The notes beneath the pieces were generated by a model, which had not been told where the DNA came from, did not search any database, and saw nothing but the letters and a program-made list of their open reading frames with translations. From assembly GCA_964016885.1 (NCBI GenBank), contig OZ024749.1, positions 23,932,001 to 23,996,000 on the forward strand: DNA of 64,000 bases. Direction: 5' to 3'. Shown one piece after another: positions 1-15,765 of the stretch (position 1 is the stretch's first letter; every line of letters begins with the position of its first letter). The position numbers were made by a program, and so were the translations under genes. Origin of the DNA: Eledone cirrhosa. Its lineage: Eukaryota.

Positions 1-180
1 AACTCAGACTATAAAGGGCCGTAACTCTGTGCTGCAAAGCATGGCGTCCGACCCTCTACCGATACTGCCAAGTACTGACAATAATAATAATAATTGTTTC
101 TGCTTTTGGCACAAGGTCAGCTATTACTCAAGTGTATAACTGGTACTTTCTTTTATCGAGCCCGTAAGGATGAAAGGCAT
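1..180 (-). mobile_element. Two fragments of the tRNA-derived SINE family
   Basis: Match to the SINE copies at 49764-49949 and 61567-61768 (aactcaga..gcaaagcatggcgtccgaccctctaccgatactgcca; tactggtacttt..aaggatgaaaggca). Confidence 0.8.
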
Positions 181-184
181 CAAC

Positions 185-252
<68 letters not shown>

Positions 253-253
<1 letters not shown>

Positions 254-1080
254 TCCCTTCATAGTACCTTCTTTGAGAAAACTGAATTCAGAGATCCACA
301 AACATGGAATTGATTGAAAAGAGGAGACCTTAAAAAGGCTACAGAAGGAATGCTAATGGCTGCGCAAGAGTAGGCCCTCAAAACGAAGTGGTTGAAACAC
401 CATATTTACAAGGAGGAGGCTAGCCCACTGTGCAGGATCTGTGGAGAGAGAGAAAGAAGACTGTGGCTCACATTGTATCCGAGTGCAAACACCTAGCCCA
501 GACTCACTATAAGGGCTGGAGACATTATGTGATGGGCAGGGTGATCCACTGGCACCTATGCAAAGTAAACAATTTACCACATTCTGAGAAGTGGTATGAG
601 CATAATCCAGAGTCGGTGATAGAAAACAATCAGTTGAAGGTGCTGTGGGATTTTAGGATACAGACAGACAAGAAACTGGAACACAATAGACCTGACCTGG
701 TGGTTTTGGACAAAGAAAAAAGATCGTGCCTGATTGTGGATGTGGCCTGCCCATTCGACACGAGAGTGCAAGAGAAGACGAGGGCGAAAATTAACCGATA
801 CCAGGACTTAAAGTGGGAGGTAAAAAGGATTTGGAACTGCCATGAAGTCAAATTGGTCCCGATTGTCATAGGCGCCTAGGTACTATCTCAAAAAGTTTCC
901 AGGGATGTTTAAAGAAAATTGGCCCCGCCACGCTTTATGGAACGCTTCAAAAGGCATGCTTGCTGGGAACAGCAAGAACCCTCCGATACGTCCTGAATAT
1001 CTGAGGCTGCAGGTAGTGGCTTGATATTCATTTCAACAAACTTTCCAGTTAACTAACATCAATGACTGAGACTCAAAGAA
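253..1080 (+). mobile_element. 5'-truncated, inactivated R4/Dong-like non-LTR retrotransposon (CCHC zinc knuckle plus restriction-like endonuclease)
   Basis: Reads EGMLMAAQE*ALKT...CRICGE..ETVAHIVSEC...H, then LWDFRIQTDKKLEHNRPDLVV...IVDVACP...KINRYQDL...VPIVIGA*G, ending LLGTARTLRYVLNI* at 1002-1004. Contains stops and frameshifts. Begins directly after a (TAA)n tract at 185-248. Confidence 0.85.
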
Positions 1081-1223
1081 CAATAATTATAACAAGTGTT
1101 GCAACAATAATAAGAACAACAAAAATTAATACAGAAACAACAATAATAATATACAGATGATGTAACTGTTAATGTTATTAATAACAACACTAAGAAGAAA
1201 CGTGAAAGATTATTTCCCTTATT

Positions 1224-1970
1224 ACACCATCACAACCAGCTCTCGCCATCCTAAGACCACCACCACCACCACCTCTCTCCATACCACCACCACCACCACC
1301 ACCACCTCTCTCCATCCCAGCACCATCACAACCAGCTCTCGCCATCCTAAGACCACCACCACCACCACCTCTCTCCATCCCAGCACCACCACCACCACTC
1401 TCTCCATCCTAAGACCACCGCTACCTCTCTCCATCCCAGCACCACCACAACCACCTCTCTCCATCCTAGGACCACCACCACCACTCTCGCCATCCCAGCA
1501 CCACCACCTCTCTCCATCCTAGGAGCACCACCACGACCACCAAAACATCTCTCCTTCCTAGGACCACCACCACCACCACTCTCTCCATCCCAGCACCACC
1601 ACTCCCACTATCTGCAGTTCCATCTCCAACACAACCACCATCTACATCACCAACACCACAACCAACACAATCATCATCTACACCACTACCAACACCAACA
1701 ATAACAACATCATCATCAGCACCACGAACACCACCGCCAACACCACTACCCCTTACACCACCACCAACACCACCACCAACAACAGCAACACAACCACCAC
1801 CACCACCACCACCACCACCACCCTCTACACCACCACCAACACCACCACCAACAACAGCAACACAACCACCACCACCACCACCACCCTCTACACCACCACC
1901 ACCCTCTACACCACCGCCAACACAACCGACCTCTACAACACCAACACAACCGCATCACAAGCAACAAACA
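1224..1970. repeat. CAC/CAA-rich minisatellite and cryptic trinucleotide repeat
   Basis: Recurring ctctctccatcc(c/t)ag(c/g)accaccacc units, followed by (CAC/CAA)n. (ACT)n follows at 1980-2060. Confidence 0.9.
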
Positions 1971-1993
1971 TCAATAATTTACTACTACTACTA

Positions 1994-2034
<41 letters not shown>

Positions 2035-2056
2035 GCTACTACTACTACTACTGCTA

Positions 2057-2198
2057 CTACTGGTACTTTATTTTATCGACCCCGTAATGATGAAAGGCAA
2101 AGTTAACCTCGGCGGGAATTGAACTCAGATCGTAAAGGGACGTAACTATGCTGGAAAGCATAATCCAACCCTCTACCGATACTGCTAATTCACCGCCC
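2057..2198 (-). mobile_element. tRNA-derived SINE (Meta/MESC-like core)
   Basis: Minus strand reads ggcggtgaattagcagtatcggtagagg...tgagttcaattcccgccgaggttaactttgcctttcatc...ggtcgataaaataaagtaccagta, with A-box-like and B-box-like motifs followed by the conserved core. Confidence 0.8.
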
Positions 2199-2219
2199 TT
2201 AATATTAATAATAATAAAC

Positions 2220-3355
2220 CTGAAAAACAACAACAGCAGCAATAACAATAATAACAGCAACAATATTAACAATAATATTAGCAATCACAAAAACAATAAC
2301 AATATCAATAACAACAACAATATCAACAGCTGAAATAACAACAATAATAACAACAGCAATATTAATACAAACAATAACAACAATAATAACAACAACAAAA
2401 GTATCAGCAATTACAATAACAACAACAACATTAACAACCACAATATTAGCAATAACAACAACAACAATATCACCAATTACAACACCAACAGCAATATCAA
2501 CAATTACAACAACAACAACAAAAATAACAACCACAATATTAGCAATAACAAAAACAACACTAACAACAATAACTACAGCAATAATAACAAAAACGACAAA
2601 AACGACAACAACAAGAACAGCAACAATATCAATAACAACAATAATAACAATAATAACAACATCAATATTAACAATAACAACAGCAATAATAACAACAGCA
2701 ATATTCACAAAAAAACAATAACAAAAACGACAACAACAACAATAACAACAATTGAAATAAGAACAACAATAAAAATAATAACAACAGCAATATTGACAAT
2801 AACAATAACAAGAACGACAACAACAACAATAATAACAACAATTGCAATAACAACAATAATAACAATAATAACAGCAATATTCACGAAAACAATAACAAGA
2901 ACGACAACAACATCAATAACAACAATGGCAATAACAACAATAATAACAATAATAACAGCAATATTCACGAAAACAATAACAAGAACGACAACAACATCAA
3001 TAACAACACTTGCAATAACAACAATAATAACAATAATAACAGCAATATTGACAATAACAATAACAAGAACGACAACAACAACAATAACAACAATTGCGAT
3101 AACAACAAAATAACAATAATAACAGCAATATTCACGAAAACAAGAACGACAACAACAACAATAACAACAATTGCAATAACAACAATAATAACAATAATAA
3201 CAGCAATATTCACGAAAACAATAACAAGAACGACAACAACAACAATAACAACAATTGCGATAACAACAAAATAACAATAATAACAGCAATATTCACGAAA
3301 ACAATAACAATAACGACAACAACATCAATAACAACAATGGCAACAACAACAATAC
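2220..3355. repeat. (AAC/AAT)-derived cryptic repeat with an ~84-bp higher-order unit
   Basis: gcaatattcacgaaaacaataacaagaacgacaacaac recurs, e.g. at 2874 and 2958 (84-bp period). Confidence 0.9.
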
Positions 3356-3895
3356 AAATAATAAAAATATATTAGCGAATGCATGAATAGAATATAATTC
3401 GTCTTTCCCTCTGTGACATGAAATATGATGATGTTCTATTCAGCAATATTGCAGACATCAAACGGACAATAATTAATGAGGTATATCGTTACATATTGAA
3501 AAAACAATGGTGACGGTGTTGTCTATTGATTTTCCAAGAAATAACCATGCAATAAAGCCATAATGACCGCTTTGATGATAAACTTTCTCTAATCACCGCC
3601 ATTTTACTTTCCCATGAAATATTAATAACTGTAAAGCTGCTGGGAAATATATTAGAACGAGTGTTTATATGTATTTATGTATTTATGTATGCATATATGT
3701 ATGTTATGTATTTATGTATATATGTATGTATGCATGTATGTATGCATACACAACACACACATACACACGCAGACATATATATATATATATGTATATAAAC
3801 ATACCCGTAAAAATATATATACACGTATGTGCGTGTTATATATTTATATATATATCAATATATATGTGTGTGTATGTGTGTATATACATATATTA

Positions 3896-3935
<40 letters not shown>

Positions 3936-3975
3936 ATATATATTTGTCTGTGTATGTGTGTATATTCATATATTC

Positions 3976-4039
<64 letters not shown>

Positions 4040-4080
4040 GTCTGTGTATGTGCGTATATTCATATATTCATTTAGCTATA

Positions 4081-4139
<59 letters not shown>

Positions 4140-4164
4140 GTCTGTGAATGTGTGTATATTCATT

Positions 4165-4197
<33 letters not shown>

Positions 4198-4270
4198 ATA
4201 TATAAATAGCTATAGCTATCTATCTGACTCTCCACACCATCACACACACTCTCTCTCTCTCTTTCCCTGT

Positions 4271-4333
<63 letters not shown>

Positions 4334-4678
4334 ATATATACTCACATGAACAATTACAGTCGGAAAACCACTTGACGAATGCTAAACACTAAATTATCGA
4401 ATTCATATGACAAATCAGTATTAATCGTGACTTAAAGTGTAACACAATTGATAAATCATTACAGTGTTAAGGTATAAGAAAAAAACAACATACAACACTA
4501 TTATAAAAACAAGAGGGGAAATGACAGTTCCGAATTGACAGATATTAATAGAAGAAACTGTAAGAAATCTACCCCCAGATCGTTTATTAACGCCAGTTCA
4601 AAGATCAAATATTTAATGTTATATATTAAAGAATTTAATTGTCTATTATTTCAAAGGAGATAATGGGGCCATTATTCC

Positions 4679-4713
<35 letters not shown>

Positions 4714-5230
4714 TCCTCTATAGTATATATATGATATATATATGTGTATATATATGTGTGAGTATATATATGTGTGTGTATATATATATGTATATATATA
4801 TGTATATATATATACGTTCATCTGTAGTATATATATATGTGTGTATATATAGATATATAAATTAATATGTATTTATATACATATATATATTTTCATATAT
4901 ATATATATATATATTTAGCTCTCTCTCTCTCTCTCTCTCTCTGTATATATATATATATATAAATGTATATATATATATATATATAATATGTGTGTGTGTG
5001 TGTGTATATATAAATGTATATATATATACATATATATATATATATGTGTATATATATATATATATATAAATGTATATATATATATATATAATTTTGTGAT
5101 TACTGCTAATTTTGTTATATTAACGTGTGTGATGCTTTGCTTTGTCTTCATACATTTCCTTTGTTTAGAAAAATCGACATTTAAAGATTAACATTTATAT
5201 GGTGCACGACAACCGTACTATCATATTGTA

Positions 5231-5267
<37 letters not shown>

Positions 5268-5520
5268 CGTGTGTGTGTTTGTGTGTGTGTGTGTGAGTGT
5301 TTATATATATATATACACAAATACATTAATGTACTGTATATATATATATATATATATATTATATGATCATACGTATACATACATACACACATACATGTAT
5401 GTACATATATATGTGCCCGTGTGTGTGTGCTTGTATATATAATATATATATATATATTTGTTATCTCACTCATATATATATATATCTTATATGTATACAT
5501 ATATTTATATATATATATAT

Positions 5521-5682
5521 CATCATCATCATCATCGTCATTTTACGTCCGCTTTCCCCTGCTTGCTAGGGTTGGACGGGTTCTATTCGGCACAGCATCT
5601 CTCCACTTGTTACGGTCCTTTGTGATCTCCTCGGTGAGTTTCAGCGATCTGAGGTCTGCTCTCGCCATCTCCGCCCATGTTT
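5521..5682 (-). mobile_element. 3' tip of an RTE-clade LINE with a (GAT)n tail
   Basis: Minus strand reads KTWAEMARADLRSLKLTEEITKDRNKWRDAV...*, an RTE C-terminal 'W...D...DR..WR' pattern, followed by a (gat)n tail. Embedded in (TA)n. Confidence 0.75.
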
Positions 5683-5706
5683 TATATATATATATATATA
5701 ATATGT

Positions 5707-5748
<42 letters not shown>

Positions 5749-6927
5749 GAATATATATTTAAATGTGTATGTCAATTTATAAGCTATCTTTGATGAAAGC
5801 AAATTGATCACGTTATATTAATTGCGAACTGGCGCCAACTTTTATTATTATAAATGATTATTGGGGTGCGTATGTTTGTGTTTGTGTGCGTGTCACGCTC
5901 ATTGTTTCTCACTTACTCTTCTACCTTTATGTGTGTGTGTATGTGTGTGTGTGTGTGTGTGTGTGTATGTATCTGCGCATGTGTATCTGTGTGTTACTTT
6001 GAATATTTTGTGTCTACCCCAGACTCATTGTCCCACCCTCTCTCTCTCTCTCTACCCTTCTCTGCGTGTGTATGTGAGTGTATGTGTAAGTGTGTGTGTG
6101 TGTGTGTGTCTGAGTTCGTTTCCTTCTCTCTTTAAATTTCACTGTTTCCCACGTTATCTTACTCTCTTCTTCCCCCCTCTCTCCCTCTCTATTTCTCTCT
6201 CTCTCTCTCTGCATGTCTCTTCTCTCTCTTTCTCTCTATCTTCCTCAGCATGTCTCTCCCCCTCTCTCTCTGTCTGCATGTCTCCACTCTCTCTCTCCTT
6301 CTATCTCCCTCTCTCCCTCTCTGATTCAGCACATTCCACTGATAGTCAACTTCACTATTTCACGTTAGATTGAGTTAAAGTTGCAGAGTAATCCACGTCA
6401 AACAATGAACGAAATATATCCCGAGTAATCCATGTTTTAACGGATTTTAGCTTCGCAAAGGGTGGCTCTTGTTTTTCAATCATATTACTGGTTCTATATT
6501 GGGCTTCAAGTGTACATACTGCCCTCATACGCTGTGTGTATATATGTCTATGGCTTGTTACTGTTTATGAAATATCTGAAGCTGATTTTATCATTGTCAG
6601 CTTAACATCTCAAACTGCATTCAAAATTTGACGGGTTATCTTTCCTTTCGTAATATCCCTAGCTTTGGCCTTTGATGGCTCAAATATTAAAAACGCACGC
6701 ATGCCCACACGTAGACACAAACATATACGCACTCACTCATAGACAGCCAAGTGATATGCATGCACATGAACGCATCAATATGTATAAACAAATATTTATA
6801 TATATATATGAAGAAATAATTGATTCATATCTGTAGAAACTGTTCACTTATCACCAGAATAAGCCATCTATATCTATGGGTACCGCAATGAAACTAACCA
6901 CTTGCCGAATCATCAATTATATATATA

Positions 6928-7013
<86 letters not shown>

Positions 7014-7075
7014 CATAACCACACATATATAGATAGAGACATAGATAGATATGTATACATGCATACATACAAACA

Positions 7076-7127
<52 letters not shown>

Positions 7128-7223
7128 AGGCATATCGATTTCAACCAGTAATTGTAATACAAACTTGGTATCAAATCACAAAAGATGGGGAAATTAAATA
7201 TTAATCTATTTCTCTCTCTCCCT

Positions 7224-7324
<101 letters not shown>

Positions 7325-9074
7325 TATCTATGTACATACATATAGGAATTACCAAATTCCATAATTAAACGATCAATAATTATTATGTAACTAACAGGTG
7401 TCTCGTTAATATTTAAATGGCTACATCTAGAATTGCTGATCCAACGTATATATATATATATATATATATATATAGGCACACACATATTGATTATATTCAT
7501 CTGACCTAGGCGGGATATGGATTGGAAGCGTAGAGAACGGTAATGAATAGTACAACGGATACTCTCCTACGTTTCAACGACTCTGCCTATCCACCACCAC
7601 AACAAATAAAGACGTCTTCTCTTCTTGAGCAATTTCCCCATCAAAGGTAAAGCATTTTGCTTTTTCTAATGGCTTCAATATATACCGCTTGCTACAAACT
7701 GCATGAAAAATAAATTCCTAATTTTAAAATGTTTTCGTTCATTTCTTCGAGCAGAATATCCTACTATTCCAAATGGTGATGAATCCAAAACGCCTCCCAT
7801 TTGCGCATGGTTTAGGCTATTTTATATCTAAGTGTTGAGATGTATATATATTTCATCACAATATACTTTCATCGTAATATTTCTTTCATAGGAGTATTTC
7901 TCTCGGAATTAACCTCCCTCTCCTTATTCTTCTGTGAATCTAGAACCCTTGCCTTTCCCTTTTCCGTTTTTTTTAAAAACTGCTCTTATTTTACATTCCA
8001 TTCTTTCTTCTCAATCAAAATATTGTTTAGAATTATATACCGAATATGTCATTAAGATAAATTTGTCACGCAAGATACCGGTTGTACAACTAGCAAAGTT
8101 GTCTAGTTTTAGACATTTCGTATTTTAGACATTTCGTATTACGTAACACGGGCGGTTAATTAGAAGAATCATTAAAACATCAGATAGAGTTCTTTGTGGT
8201 ATTCGCTCCAGCTGTCTTCTCTTTGTGTTTAAGACCCGATGAGCTCAACATCATTTCGAGGTCGATAAAAAAATGTACCAGTCTTGTACTGAGGTCGATA
8301 CTTCGTCTATTCTCGGTCTTCCTTCCTTTCTCTACCGTTCTCATATTCTATCCTTCTCTGGAAGAAATCTGTTGTGTTCAGACCTTTGATTCATGGGCTC
8401 TGCCAAGCATGAGAAAAAGCCCTCGGAATGCCGTATGCTAATTCGCTACCTTTACGTCAACATCAGAATTTATACGTAACCCCTCAGATTCTGCCATGTG
8501 TTTTTGGACCCAAGATGAGATGAATAGGCTACACATGTGAATTTCAGTAAGACATTGTCCAATTTTTTTCTTCATTATAAATATAAGGGTTCTTTTGAAA
8601 AACAAACCATGATGTATACAATATGTAGTGATATAGGTTGTAGTGATGTGGTTTTATAGTAACAATTTACAACCTATTTGATGGATTGTGACTTGGTTAC
8701 GGAAAAGTCAATTATTGATAAAACGTATTTAAAAATTGTGTGTGATATTATAGATATTGTCTCATACATCGATTGACTGATTCTGAAAAACATCTAAGAA
8801 GATAACATCAAAAACAGTCACACGAGCGCTCTCACACACACACACACCCACACACACACAAACACAAACACAAACACAAACACACACACAATTACACACA
8901 CATACATATATATATTTACACACACACACATACACACATACATACACACATACATACATAAATACATACATACATATATATATAATGTGTGTGTGTATGA
9001 GAGAGATTTCGCTAGCAGTATCAAAGAAACCCAAGGCAAAAATATTCGGAGCTAAAGAAATAATTATACTATCA

Positions 9075-9505
9075 CCTCAACCCCCATCAGCACCACTATC
9101 CCATTCAGCATCATCAGCATCAACACCACCACCATCAACATGACCACCAAAACCACCAACACCACCACCATCATCACCATCACCACCACCAACACCACCT
9201 CAAACACGACCACCTTCACCACCAACACCACCACCATCAACATCAACAACAAAACTACACACACAACCACCTTCAACACCATCAACACCACCACCATCAA
9301 CATCAACACCAAAACCACCAACACAACCACCTCCATCACCACCAACACCACCACCACCATCAACATCAACACCAAAACCACCAACACAACCACCTTCATC
9401 ACCACCAACACCACCACCATCAACATCAACACCACAAACACGACCACCATCACCACCAACACCACCACCATCAACACCACTATCAACACAACCACCACCA
9501 CTAGA
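9075..9505. repeat. (CAC/CAA) cryptic trinucleotide repeat
   Basis: Repeated accaccaacaccaccaccatcaacatcaac units. Confidence 0.9.
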
Positions 9506-9853
9506 TTCAACAAAATCACATCAAAGCAAGAGATAGAAGAAAACAAAAACAACACAGACAGAAAGCGATTAAGTAGTTTACAAGTTTTCTGCCAATAGAA
9601 GCTCAAGAAACTCGCAGAACTCTAAAGAAACCTCACGGGATTTAAATTTGTTCAACTCAGAAACATAGTAGACTTCTAAAGCACTGTTCAGAAAAGAACA
9701 AATTGATGAATCGAATTGGTTCTTTGTTGGGCGAATGAAATTCGATACTGTGTTGCGTACTTGAGAAGATATTCATGAAAGAATGTTTATTATATATACA
9801 CATACATACAAACCTTAGTATGTATATATGTATATATATACATACATACAAAC

Positions 9854-10621
<768 letters not shown>

Positions 10622-11805
10622 TAGGAACGAGTAGGACCCCGACGGCTGAGCTTAAGCCGTTTCGACGGCTAATTCTGGACTAAATGAAAATGTTTATCCT
10701 GGTATTTGAATAGCCGAGCTTCTCAGGGGGTAATTCCATATATGGTAAAAGTGATTGTCACAAGGATTGGTCAAATGTTTGTTGTTGAGACAATAATTCT
10801 ATCATGGCAATTTGTGGAGGGAAGGGGTAGCTGTACCTGCCAGTAGAAGAAAGAGGGAGAGGGGTGGAATAAACCCAGTCGTGCGTTGATAGTGCCAACT
10901 ACAGCTGGGCAGGAGGTCAAAGAAGATACTAAGGGGGGGGGGGGGGTCGAAACAATAATTAAAACAATATGGGGTAAATATATAGAAAAATACCGGGAGT
11001 GTTAAAAAACAATTAAGTGTAAAGAAAAAAACAATTTCTGGTTACTATAACCTAAGGACAGCTATCAAGTCTCTCACTGGTACTGCTAGACTAAAGAAAG
11101 GTTTACTAGGTGGGACGGAATTATAATGAGACCCTTTTAAGAGGTATAAGCAAACAACCGAATATATCTTACGGTGACGGGTCAACAAGTGTGGGGCGGG
11201 GGGCAAAATACTAAAGAAACTACCACGAAATAATAAATCAGAGTCCCGAGACCAGTACGAAATAAAGGTTTCTACCCCAGGCACAAGACCAGCAACCACC
11301 CAGTGCAAAAAAAATAAACTAATACGAAATAATAATTCAGAATCCCGAAAAAGAATACTAATACTATCTCTAAGGGTGCCGCAACGCTACAAACATTCTA
11401 GTGCAAACTACATAAATGCTCGTATGAAGTATATGTAAAATTTGATACGGGAAATTAATTCAGAATTCCCCCCCCACAATACCCCCCCCCCCTAGTATCT
11501 TCTTTGATCTCCTGCCAAGCCGTAGTTGGCACTATCGACGCACGACTAAGTTTCTTCCACCCCCTCTCCCTATTTCTTCTACTGGCAGGTTCAGCTACCC
11601 CTTCCCTCCACAAATTGCCATGATAGAATGATTATGTCTCAACAACAAACTTTAGACCAATCCTTGTGGAAATCACTTTTACCATATATGGAATTACCCC
11701 CTGAGAAACTCGGCTATTCAAATATCCGGATAAAAATTATCATTTAGTCCAGAATTAGCCGTCGAAACGGCTTGAGCTCAGCCGTCAGGGTCCTACTCGT
11801 TCCTA
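10622..11805. mobile_element. Fold-back element with ~325-bp inverted arms, each carrying a variant hammerhead fold
   Basis: 10622-10946 is the reverse complement of 11482-11805 (taggaacgagtaggac... / ...gtcctactcgttccta). HHR-like folds lie at 10636-10731 (-) and 11696-11791 (+). Confidence 0.85.
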
Positions 11806-11882
11806 TTACCCACTCTACTACCCTAAATATTGAGTACATTGGTGCGTTATGGTCTACCTGATTCCTTACCACATTTCCTTCG

Positions 11883-11972
<90 letters not shown>

Positions 11973-13658
11973 ACGAAGGAAATGTGGTAAGGAACCAGGT
12001 GGACCATAACCAGTATTTATATTGGTTTCATTCATTGGCCACAAGGGACGACATATACAGTAGACGGCGACAGTGGGGGCTTTACATAAAAATCGAGTAA
12101 AAAAAAATAGGCAAACAATAACAATAAACAAGAAAAATATAACAATGAACATTCCCCAATAGAGGGAATAACCAGCCAGATTTGATTCATGTACCCCACC
12201 AATCCTGAACCACCCGACGCTTTGAGTGAACCCGGGAAGGGCACTCCTCTCCCCTTCAAACTCTCCAGCCTACAGGCGCCTGATAAGAGTAGGTCCACTC
12301 ACACGGGCCTATCTTGCCACATTCACCCACTTTTCAGCAAATGTACTGGAGAGCAGCACTTCTCTCTCCAGCCACAGCTTCCTTATCAAGTGAAATTTGA
12401 AAAGCTTGATGACGGATTGGCCGAAGAGAAAATTGTCAGTCTTCAGTCCTTTCAACCTGGTCCACCAAGCAGCATTAGTAATAGTAATAGGAGTAACGGT
12501 GATGGGTTAGTATTAGTAAACCTGGTGTTGTTGCTGTTGTAAGTATTAAGCACCAGGTCATATTTAACTGGGTATACGTCTGGTTCAATTTCTAAACGTG
12601 ACAATCTTCTGCACATTTCCAGAAAATATCTTTCTGTTCGGGTGATATTGGTGATTTGTCCAATTTCTTTAACATGTACAGTTGTAATAGGCGAGAAGTT
12701 AGTCTACTCCGCCTTGCAGGTGAAACAGAAATTGCAGCTTTCTCATTAAGTGAGAAGTAATTCTCCTGACATGTATCATTACGTGGGTTGGTATATATGT
12801 GAAATGACAACGGATTTGAAAGGAATAGTTGAAGGTTTTCTGGTTGAGGTTTATATAGCTTTACAGATATGAATTGCCTAAGGATTTACCATGTATACAT
12901 GATAACATAGATACACTTACACCAAGAGTTACACATGCGTAGACTCACTAACCATGAACAGTTAATAATTGATTAAAATGACACAGCGTTGCGTTTTAGC
13001 CCACTATACATACATGCAGGCCCAAATTCACATATGGAAACACACAGATATGTATGTATATATATGTTCCGGAGAGATTGTTTTGGTAAAAACAGGAGCA
13101 AGCGGGAGAAAGCTCTCAACATTCATAGTTTTTAGTTACGATGAATATTTTTATAAAAATATCAAAAATAAAAATGCTGATGTTACATAAATCGTTTAAT
13201 CATTATAATTATGTCCGCGTTTCTCCGTGAAATCGAGAAGTCTTTCATGTATTTGTTGTTGTTATGAGACCGGTATCCTCAGATGAAACCCGATTTAGTG
13301 ATATGCTGCCGGCACGAAAAAGCACACGCCTTCTGTTCGTGTGTCCAGCAGACATATGAGTTCTTGAAAGGATCTCCCAGCCATCGTGTTTGCTGGAGTA
13401 AGGTGCAATCAACGTGTCAATTAGTGAAATCAGGATTCACGCAACCCCCACGGAGTTGAAGTCCTAAATCAGCAGAGAGGTAACCTCACATATATATATA
13501 TATGTGTGTATATGTATATATATATATCTATATATATTAATATTTATATATATGTCTATATATATATATATGTGTATGTCTATATATATATATGTATATG
13601 TCTATATATGTATGTATATATATATATGTATATGTCTTTGTATCTCTATTTCCCTCTC

Positions 13659-13728
<70 letters not shown>

Positions 13729-14122
13729 TCGCCCTGCTTTAAATGTAAATTTAAAGCAGTTGGTTGTGCAGCAATGTTAATTTGATTAACTTTAGTGATT
13801 TTACAATGTGCGGTGTATTCTAGCGAGTTCCAAGAATCTCTGATGGAATAACTTGAGATATTCGATGCGGCGTTCTGCGCTCTGAACTCAACTGCAGCCA
13901 AGGTCAATTTTACCTTCCTCCCCTTTGAGGCTCATCAAAAGCGTACCATTCGGGACTGAGGTCGATTCATCCGTTATATTTCCGTCACACGTCGCATCTC
14001 TCTCTCTCTCGCTCTACCCTCTCTCTCTCACTCCAACCTCTCTCTCGCTCCTTTTCTCAATCTCTCTCCAACTCTCTCTCTCTCCCGCTCTCTATCTCTC
14101 TCTCTCTCTTTCTCTCTGTCAG

Positions 14123-14153
<31 letters not shown>

Positions 14154-14419
14154 GACAGATATAACCTGCATTTAGATCTTGAGAGAAAGTCCCTCTCCAG
14201 TTTTAATGTGCTCAAGACACGTTGTATGTCATGACAGCTACCCTGTTACAATACCATCCGGACTTAGGAGACCTTCCAGAAATATATACAATGCTTTTAA
14301 GAGATCAACATGAATAGTTTGAAAAAAACACTAAATAGATCATGGAGAGGAAAAGCTTGCACATGAAATTGTGATGTAAGTGGCAGAACATCCAGCAGAC
14401 ATGTGAAGCCTTAATTTAA

Positions 14420-14612
14420 TTGTTTCTACTTTTGGCACACGGCCAGTAATTATCCCAGTGCATTACTGGTAATTTATTTTATCGATCCCGCCCGAAAGGA
14501 TGAAAGGCAAATATAACCTCGGTGGGATTTGAAATCAGCTCGTAAAGGTGTGTATCTCTATGCTGCAAAGCATGGCATTCGACCCTCTATCTATACTGCC
14601 AATCCACTGCCT
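14420..14612 (-). mobile_element. tRNA-derived SINE
   Basis: Full-length match to the family (ttgtttctacttttggcacac...aaggatgaaaggcaaa...ctgccaatccactgcc). Confidence 0.8.
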
Positions 14613-15089
14613 TAATATAATTAATTTGTGAGAAAATACAATCGGCGTGTGACTAAGCAGACATTTTGAACGACGTCGACGTTTCATCTGAATCGATTGT
14701 AAGCAGTGTAATACTACTTGATTTCATGCATAAGTACGGCGTCTTGCCGAAGCTATGGGGAATTATACATGACCAAGAAGCTACTCACTGATATTACACT
14801 CTGACTACAGTATTTGCGAAACCAACTTTTCAATCATTCGGTTACGCTGAGTCCAGGGGTACAGAACTCAGGTCTAGAAAGCGCCATTCAGTAAACAATG
14901 GTTTATGCCATGACTATGATTGGATATGGCAGACTAATGTGCCAATCTTTAGGGTAGAAACCGGGACAAAGAGATTGATAATCAAGTGAATGTGACAATA
15001 TATCTTCACACTCTTGAAGGGAGCCCAGAGAGTAATATTAACAGAAATTGCAGTTAATAGACTTTCCATGGAAGAAACACGATTCTATA

Positions 15090-15154
<65 letters not shown>

Positions 15155-15196
15155 GTATATATATATGTATATATATATATGTATATATATACACAT

Positions 15197-15301
<105 letters not shown>

Positions 15302-15526
15302 TATGCATACATATACACGTGTTTGTTCGTCTTTATGATTAGGTGTATGAGCGATTCTATGTATATGTGTAGAGGTGTAGTTCAGCTTAACACTTTGATT
15401 ATTCAAGAAGCGAGAGTTGTGAGAGCTAACATCAAAATGAATTTGTGAGCATTTATCAAAAAATATATATATCAAAGGATGCTTACTCTCTAAGGTATTA
15501 AGCTCTTAAATACACACACACACACA

Positions 15527-15564
<38 letters not shown>

Positions 15565-15670
15565 TATATACACACACTCACACACGTACACGCACACGCA
15601 CAGCACGCACACATATTTATTTATATATATAAACACACATGAAATAATATATTTATATATACATATATTC

Positions 15671-15726
<56 letters not shown>

Positions 15727-15765
15727 ATAAACAAACATGAAAATATATATTTATATATACAGATA

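Noticed and set aside
10622-11805. Classical MITE or DNA-transposon call for the fold-backs
   Set aside because: Arms are of unequal length, no shared terminal motif exists among elements, single-armed relatives occur, and the arms carry polarised ribozymes. A TA TSD cannot be assessed inside (TA)n.
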